A stretch of 21,070 nucleotides of DNA from NCBI GenBank assembly GCA_038851075.1, contig JAWCLG010000015.1:1-21070 (forward strand), in the 5' to 3' direction. This stretch comes from Candidatus Hadarchaeales archaeon (lineage in GTDB: Archaea; Hadarchaeota; Hadarchaeia; Hadarchaeales; Hadarchaeaceae). The notes beneath the pieces are model-generated. The model was not told the DNA's origin, ran no database searches, and saw only the letters and a list, made by a program, of their open reading frames with translations. Made by a program: the position numbers and the translations under genes. Positions 15,960 through 21,070 of the stretch are shown piece after piece. Each line of letters starts with the position of its first letter. Within the stretch, counting starts at the first letter, position 1.

Positions 15960-17158
15960 GCTGGCGTCCCTCCGAGAGCCATGGCCACCGCCCTCGCCTT
16001 CACCAGGGTTTCCGCGTACTCCTTCTCCGGCGTCGACCCCCAGGTTATACCTCCGCCAGACCAGAAGTAGCTCTTACCGCCGCCTACTCCGACCACCCTT
16101 ATCCCCACGCTCATCACAAAGTCTCCGTCCGGCAGAAAAAGACATATCGCCCCGCAGTACGGCCCCCTCCTGTGCGGCTCGAGCTCCTCTATTATCTCGA
16201 GTGCCCTGCGCTTCGGAGCCCCGGTTACGGACCCGGGCGGGAAAGTCGCCCTGATCACGTCCCCGATCGTCACGTCGTCCCTGAGCCTGCCGGATACGTA
16301 CGAGACCAGCTGGTGCAGAGTCGAGTAAGTTTCTACCCTGAAAAGATGTGGCACGCGCACGCTCCCGAACTCGCATATCCTGCCCAGGTCATTTCTCATG
16401 AGGTCCACTATCATCAGGTTCTCCGCTCTTTCCTTTTCGTCAGACCTGAGCTCTTCAATGACTCGCTCGTCTTCCGCGCGGTCAGCGAGCCTCGGCCTCG
16501 TGCCCTTTATCGGGCCGGATGTGATAGTCCTGCCGGATCTCCTCAGGAATAGTTCCATGGATCCGCTTATCACACCAAATGCGCCAAAGTCCATGCAGCA
16601 CGCGAACGGGACCGGCTGGGCAGAGTACAGGGTTTTCAGAAATTCCACCGGGTCAGGTTCGTGTTCGATCTCGAACATCTGCGAGAGGTTCACCTGATAA
16701 ACGTCCCCCGCGAGGATGTATCTTCGGACCGCCTCGACCATTTCCATGAACCTCTCGTGATCGATCGTCTTTTCAAGCGAGAAACTTTTTGGCGCGGGAT
16801 TGTCCGCACCGTTCAGGAACTCACCTGCTGGCAAACGCTTCAGCGAGCCTTCCTCGAAGAATGCGAAGCAGGCGTCCGGGAATATGCCCGGATCCTTCCG
16901 CCTGGCGCGGAAGTCGCGCTGGAGGTGGTGGAAGAACTCATAGCCGAAGAAGCCGATTCCCAGATAACCCTCCCCGGTTTTTTCCTCCAGCAGCCTGAGC
17001 GGGTCTCCGGTCCCGGTACCGTCGTCGCTGCATTCCGCTCTGCCGTTCCTGAAGATCATGACGCAGTTCGGCCTCTCGAGCACAGTCGCGCGGTCGTCAC
17101 CGAACCATCCGGAGCCAAGCAGGACCGCCAGGGCGCCACCGTTTTTCCGAGTCAGCAT
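15956..17158 (-). CDS. pabB: Aminodeoxychorismate synthase component I
   Basis: GDVYQVNLS, PIKGTRPR (Lys typical of PabB rather than TrpE PIAGT), AENLMIVDLMRNDLGR, FPPGSVTGAPK, RGPYCG, GGGITWGS. Confidence 0.85.
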   Translation of the reverse strand: MLTRKNGGALAVLLGSGWFGDDRATVLERPNCVMIFRNGRAECSDDGTGTGDPLRLLEEKTGEGYLGIGFFGYEFFHHLQRDFRARRKDPGIFPDACFAFFEEGSLKRLPAGEFLNGADNPAPKSFSLEKTIDHERFMEMVEAVRRYILAGDVYQVNLSQMFEIEHEPDPVEFLKTLYSAQPVPFACCMDFGAFGVISGSMELFLRRSGRTITSGPIKGTRPRLADRAEDERVIEELRSDEKERAENLMIVDLMRNDLGRICEFGSVRVPHLFRVETYSTLHQLVSYVSGRLRDDVTIGDVIRATFPPGSVTGAPKRRALEIIEELEPHRRGPYCGAICLFLPDGDFVMSVGIRVVGVGGGKSYFWSGGGITWGSTPEKEYAETLVKARAVAMALGGTPA

Positions 17159-17176
17159 GTTCAGCCCAGACCCAAC

Positions 17177-17395
17177 TCATCGCGTCAGCAGGTATATCAG
17201 CAGCGCGATGATCGAGATGGCGATGAGGAGCGGAGATGTCACGAAGACGAACCCGTCGCTCCTGTACACGTAGAGGATCCATGGGGGTATTCCCGAGGGG
17301 TCGAAGCATCTGCCCACGATCGGGATGAGTATGAAGGCGATCCCGAGCAGTATCAGCACCATCCCCACAAGCGTGAAGGGATGCGCGATGTCCAT
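17177..17395 (-). CDS. Small two-TM membrane protein (DUF2905-like architecture)
   Basis: Two hydrophobic helices flanking a short loop; ATG abuts the stop of the upstream gene. Confidence 0.7.
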   Translation of the reverse strand: MDIAHPFTLVGMVLILLGIAFILIPIVGRCFDPSGIPPWILYVYRSDGFVFVTSPLLIAISIIALLIYLLTR

Positions 17396-18070
17396 CTACA
17401 GTACCTCTATCTTCTCCACGTGTCCGCCGCAGTACCTCCTGGCGTACGTCGCGGCGGCGTTGAGCGCTGAGGAAAGCCTCTGGCCGTCAACCCCGGGCGC
17501 GTTCCAGGCGACGATCAGGGCGTTCGAGGTCTTTATCGTAACCATTGTGGCTTTGGCGTCCCCCAGGGTGTATGCGGCCATCAGCTTCTGGCCGTCCCTG
17601 AGCACGATCTCGTTCGCCTTCGTGGTCACATTTTTTCCTGATATCAGCTGGAAGGACTCACCGCCCGCTGAGAGGGTCGTCACCGGGTCACCCTTCACCT
17701 TCTCCATGTCGTATACTCCCACCGGTATCCAGTTCTCGAGGGTTGCCAGCAGGCATGAGTCGACGAGGTTGTTTATCGCGGGGAACCTGTCCTCCAGCAT
17801 TCTCCTGAGCAGGTACTCTGGTGCGGGGCGGTAGCTCGATGGGTCCGCGCCCATCTGTTTGAAGAAATTCCTGTAGGCCAGCACTTCAGGTATGGAGGAT
17901 GGTTCTGCGGAGGCGTATTTCGACTTTAGCTCGCTGAAGACCTTCTCCTTTCTTTCGATCAGCCCCTCGACCGCCTGTTCGATGGTCACACCGCTGACGA
18001 TGGCATATCCGGCGGCGAATTCGGGGTACCTCTCCCTCACCTTCTGGTCTAGCTTCATTTGATCCTCCAT
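17396..18070 (-). CDS. Stand-alone B3/4 (PheRS beta-like) domain protein
   Basis: AYRNFFKQMGADPSSYRPAPEYLLRR, FPAINNLVD, PVGVYDMEKV, EIVLRD. Confidence 0.85.
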   Translation of the reverse strand: MEDQMKLDQKVRERYPEFAAGYAIVSGVTIEQAVEGLIERKEKVFSELKSKYASAEPSSIPEVLAYRNFFKQMGADPSSYRPAPEYLLRRMLEDRFPAINNLVDSCLLATLENWIPVGVYDMEKVKGDPVTTLSAGGESFQLISGKNVTTKANEIVLRDGQKLMAAYTLGDAKATMVTIKTSNALIVAWNAPGVDGQRLSSALNAAATYARRYCGGHVEKIEVL

Positions 18071-18120
18071 TTACCCGTGGCGGTGGAGTTATTTTAGGCT
18101 TCCGCGCGCATCGGATTCTG

Positions 18121-18693
18121 ATGAGGCCCCTTCCGAGAGATTTCTATGAGAGGGATCCGGCGAAGGTCGCTGTTGAGCTGCTGGGCAGGATGCTCGTCCG
18201 GAGGGTTCCGGGCGGCATCATGTCTGGAATCATCGTTGAGACCGAGGCCTACTACGGGAAGGGAGATCCAGCGTCGCGCGCTTCGAGGAAGATGACGAAG
18301 CTGAACTGGCTGATGTGGGAAAGAGGGGGTCTGGCCTTCATATATCCGGTGCACGGGAACTGGCTGCTGAACGTGACCGCGAGGGAGAGCGGAGTCCCCG
18401 GCGCAGTTCTCATAAGGGCTCTTGAGCCTGCGGATGGCGTCGACCTTATGATGATGAACAGGAGGGTCCCGGTGAGGATGCTGACATCAGGACCCGGAAG
18501 ACTCACCGGGGCAATGGGCATAACATCCGAGCAGAACGGCATCGACTTGACCCTTCCAGACTCCGAGCTGAGTATCGTTGATGCGGGACGCCGGATTCTC
18601 AGTGTCGGGAGGTCTCACAGAATCGGTGTCAGGAAAGACCTTGAACGGAAGCTGAGGTTCTTCGTGGAGGGCAATCCGTATGTTTCAAGATGA
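18121..18693 (+). CDS. mpg: 3-methyladenine DNA glycosylase (MPG/AAG family)
   Basis: LPRDFYER..VA.ELLG, IVETEAY, AVLIRALEP, SGPGRLT, RIGV, RFFV.GNPYVS. Confidence 0.93.
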   Translation: MRPLPRDFYERDPAKVAVELLGRMLVRRVPGGIMSGIIVETEAYYGKGDPASRASRKMTKLNWLMWERGGLAFIYPVHGNWLLNVTARESGVPGAVLIRALEPADGVDLMMMNRRVPVRMLTSGPGRLTGAMGITSEQNGIDLTLPDSELSIVDAGRRILSVGRSHRIGVRKDLERKLRFFVEGNPYVSR

Positions 18694-19396
18694 CATCAGG
18701 TCCGCAAAGCAGAGAATACGTGAGAGGGTCTGGAGCGAGATGGAAGCCAAGGGAGTCGCCTCCTTTCCGCTTCCGCCCATGGGGAGGGTGCCGAACTTTA
18801 AGGGAAGCGAACTGGCGGCATCCAGGATGAGAGAGCTTGAGGAATACAGTTCCGCGGATGTGATCATGGTGAACCCGGACGCGCCGCAGCTGCCTGTCCG
18901 GAGAATGGCGCTGTTAGATGAAAAGAGACTGCTGATGGCAACACCGGCCCTAAGGGCAGGACTGGTTATCCTGGACCCTAAGAGGATGGATGATCCGGCC
19001 CGGGCGGCCACCATACCAGGCGCCGTCAAGCATGGAAAACCGGCCGACCTCAGATCGGTCGAGGTGGATCTGATCGTGGAGGGGTCGGTGGCGGTCGACG
19101 CTTGCGGGGGAAGGGTGGGTAAAGGGGCCGGGTGGGGGGACTTGGAATACGCTGTTCTGAGGGAATCCGGGGCAGCTGATGGAAGCGTGAAGGTCGTCAC
19201 AACGGTTCATGACATTCAGATGATCGATGATCCGATCCCGATGGAGCCGCATGATATGCCGGTCGACCTGATACTCACCCCGACCAAAATCGTGCGCGCT
19301 GAAACGGGGCATCCGCGTCCGGACGGAGTGATCTGGGACAAGCTTGACCCGGCAAAAAGAGATCTTGTGAGGAGAATGCTGAAGGCTCAGATGTAG
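18680..19396 (+). CDS. 5-formyltetrahydrofolate cyclo-ligase family protein (archaeal/MTHFSD-like)
   Basis: GRVPNFKGSE.AA, VNPDAPQ.PVR, GSVAVD..G.RVGKG.GWGDLEYA, TTVHDIQ, HD.PVDLI.TP. Confidence 0.9.
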   Translation: MFQDDIRSAKQRIRERVWSEMEAKGVASFPLPPMGRVPNFKGSELAASRMRELEEYSSADVIMVNPDAPQLPVRRMALLDEKRLLMATPALRAGLVILDPKRMDDPARAATIPGAVKHGKPADLRSVEVDLIVEGSVAVDACGGRVGKGAGWGDLEYAVLRESGAADGSVKVVTTVHDIQMIDDPIPMEPHDMPVDLILTPTKIVRAETGHPRPDGVIWDKLDPAKRDLVRRMLKAQM

Positions 19397-19938
19397 AGCG
19401 AGAAAGACGCCGCCAGCCCAGCCGCAACCGAGGCGCACAGCACGATGAGGAGGTTGGAGAGCGGCTTCCTGCTGCTCCAGTCCCGCCACGGTTTTCCCCT
19501 GAGACGGTGAAACGCCTTCATGGAGCTCTCGGAACCTAGGTGGGCCGCCCAGAGGAGGAGCGGAAGGTTCACCGTCAGCACCAGCGCAACGAAGAAAAGA
19601 CATCCGAGCTGCGACCACGTGACGCCGAAGATGTCCATGCCGCCGGCCGTGGAGATCGCCCACCTGAGGATGATGTAGTCGTTTATGCCCCTGCAGAATG
19701 AGAACAGGGCTGAACCAGCTCCGAAGAATATCTGTGAGAGCATGAAGATGGCGATCACGGTCAGGACGAAATAGGGAATGGCCTGCCACCATGCGACCAC
19801 GTCAGGTGATGGAACGCTCACCGCCTTGCCTATCTCGGAGAATATCCCCTGAACCCCGACCATTCCCGAGAGGAACCCCAGAGCCCAGCTGCCTGTTATG
19901 ATGAGCCAGAAGATGTGGGGCCAGTACTCAGCCCGCAT
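19387..19938 (-). CDS. Multi-pass membrane protein, hypothetical (loosely SpoIIM-like)
   Basis: About 5 hydrophobic segments; GGTGA SD before ATG. Confidence 0.75.
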   Translation of the reverse strand: MRAEYWPHIFWLIITGSWALGFLSGMVGVQGIFSEIGKAVSVPSPDVVAWWQAIPYFVLTVIAIFMLSQIFFGAGSALFSFCRGINDYIILRWAISTAGGMDIFGVTWSQLGCLFFVALVLTVNLPLLLWAAHLGSESSMKAFHRLRGKPWRDWSSRKPLSNLLIVLCASVAAGLAASFSLYI

Positions 19939-19956
19939 TCGTTCACCGGAGCGCGT

Positions 19957-20199
19957 TCACCTGTACTTTCTGTCGTAGTCCTTTTTCGCTGAGGCTATGG
20001 CCCTGCGCAGGTAGTTGTGCTCGACAGCGGTGGATGTTCTGGCGGGCTGCGCGGTCGGCTGTGTTGTCACCTGTCTGGCAGGTTGCGGAGCGCGTTCCAG
20101 CGCTGCTATTCTTCGCTCGAGATCTGCCACCCTGCGAATCAGGTCGTTGAGCCTCTGCTCCATAACGTCAAGTCGGCCCTTATCGGTCGGATTCATCAA
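19957..20199 (-). CDS. Small coiled-coil protein, hypothetical
   Basis: Heptad LDVMEQRLNDLIRRVADLERRIAALE, P/Q/T linker, basic C-terminal helix; AGGTGA SD. Confidence 0.7.
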   Translation of the reverse strand: MMNPTDKGRLDVMEQRLNDLIRRVADLERRIAALERAPQPARQVTTQPTAQPARTSTAVEHNYLRRAIASAKKDYDRKYR

Positions 20200-20350
20200 T
20201 CACTCACCTATCTCCGTTGCCCTTGAGGGTATTAAGTTTTTTGAGTCCATCTTTGACCCGATTTTCCGTGCGCCCGGGCTGAGCGCCCCACCTCCCCCGT
20301 ATTTATAACGAAAAGGAGAAAGTTAATCCGTAGAGGCGTCTGGTGATAGA

Positions 20351-20704
20351 CTGCGCAAGCTAAACAGAAAAAGGTTTGGGCTGGCTGCCATTGGATTGAC
20401 CATCATTATCGTTGTAATTATCGTCGCTGCTGTTTTGAGCTTCCGTCCTCAGGCCGCGGTGATACAGCCGACGTGGGCCATCACCGTGGCCGTGTTCTCC
20501 TACTTCATGCCGAACGCGATCGCCGAGCAGATATGCAGCTCGCCCGGATCAGCGTTCACATTCCTGTTCGAGTACTTCGCCACGAGCGAGATACCGTCGG
20601 CGTTCGCGGAGGACGCGTACAAGTGGGCCGCGAACAGGGAGTGCGAGTGGGTGAACGGGCTGAACGCCAGCGGCACACCGGCGATATTCATACAGCCGGA
20701 GTGA
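20351..20704 (+). CDS. Hypothetical secreted or membrane-anchored protein
   Basis: The frame is open from CTG 20351 (after GGTGATAGA), giving a basic n-region RKLNRKR plus a hydrophobic stretch. The ORF track starts it at TTG 20396, inside the hydrophobic segment. Confidence 0.6.
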   Translation: MRKLNRKRFGLAAIGLTIIIVVIIVAAVLSFRPQAAVIQPTWAITVAVFSYFMPNAIAEQICSSPGSAFTFLFEYFATSEIPSAFAEDAYKWAANRECEWVNGLNASGTPAIFIQPE

Positions 20705-20777
20705 ACAAAATTTCATCGAGTTCCGAGAGCGGGCCTTTCGCAAGTGATCGAAAACGGTTTCGGCGCTCTGCAAGGTT

Positions 20778-20794
20778 AAAACCTATTATAAAAC
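20778..20794 (+). promoter_or_regulatory. Putative BRE/TATA promoter of tRNA-Thr
   Basis: AAAACCTATTATAAAAC ending about 20 nt before the tRNA 5' end. Confidence 0.6.
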
Positions 20795-20814
20795 TTGAGC
20801 CTATTCTAAACCGG

Positions 20815-20890
20815 GCCGCCGTAGCTCAGCCGGTAGAGCGATCGCCTCGTAAGCGATAGGTCGTGGGTTCAATCCCCACCGGCGGCTCCA
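20815..20890 (+). tRNA. tRNA-Thr(CGT), intronless, CCA encoded
   Basis: Acceptor stem GCCGCCG/CGGCGGC, D-arm GCTC..GAGC, anticodon arm ATCGC-CTCGTAA-GCGAT, T-arm GTGGG-TTCAATC-CCCAC, discriminator T, then CCA. Confidence 0.97.
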
Positions 20891-20986
20891 CGCGAAAATC
20901 GATGCGATCCATGTAATGTCAACCAGTTTAAGACCATAGTAAGAATAGTTAGAAATAAATGACAAGCTAAGTATATCATCATATGG

Positions 20987-21070
20987 ATGTATCTAATCGT
21001 GGACGATTGGAAAACATTCGTTGGTAAAAAAGAGAACCGTTTTGAGTTACTTCAAGGAGAAAAAAGGCAA
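20987..21070 (+). CDS. Possible 5' end of an AT-rich ORF, truncated by the window end
   Basis: ATG 20987 is open to the end (MYLIVDDWKTFVGKKENRFELLQGEKRQ); too short to identify. Confidence 0.3.
   Translation, partial: MYLIVDDWKTFVGKKENRFELLQGEKRQ

Noticed and set aside
20815-20890. Link between tRNA-Thr(CGU), which reads ACG, and the proposed ACG start of tfb
   Set aside because: Initiation uses initiator tRNA-Met; the 16-kb proximity is most simply coincidence.

Overview
Compact archaeal chromosomal region, mostly GC-rich core genes with GGTGA/GGAGG Shine-Dalgarno sites and TATA boxes. The gene set looks euryarchaeal; the lineage cannot be fixed from the sequence alone. In order: 3' end of a P-II gene, a ribbon-helix-helix regulator, pyrG, a free-standing double-LAGLIDADG + winged-HTH gene, tfb, gar1, DUF211, a hypothetical protein, rps8e, an smc-scpA-scpB operon, uppS, an MTAP/MTIP-family phosphorylase, a truncated TFS/RpoM paralogue, an RCK-DHH phosphoesterase, Taw2/Trm5, a PUA protein, nac, pabB-pabC, a B3/4 protein, mpg, a 5-formyl-THF cyclo-ligase-family gene, small membrane/hypothetical proteins and tRNA-Thr(CGT) followed by AT-rich DNA. 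Main surprises: (1) the Smc in an intact smc-scpA-scpB operon is only 746 aa and has neither a hinge domain nor a zinc hook; (2) a LAGLIDADG-HTH gene follows tfb and is bracketed by a synonymously recoded repeat of the tfb 3' end; (3) tfb has no ATG/GTG/TTG upstream of its zinc ribbon and appears to start at ACG.
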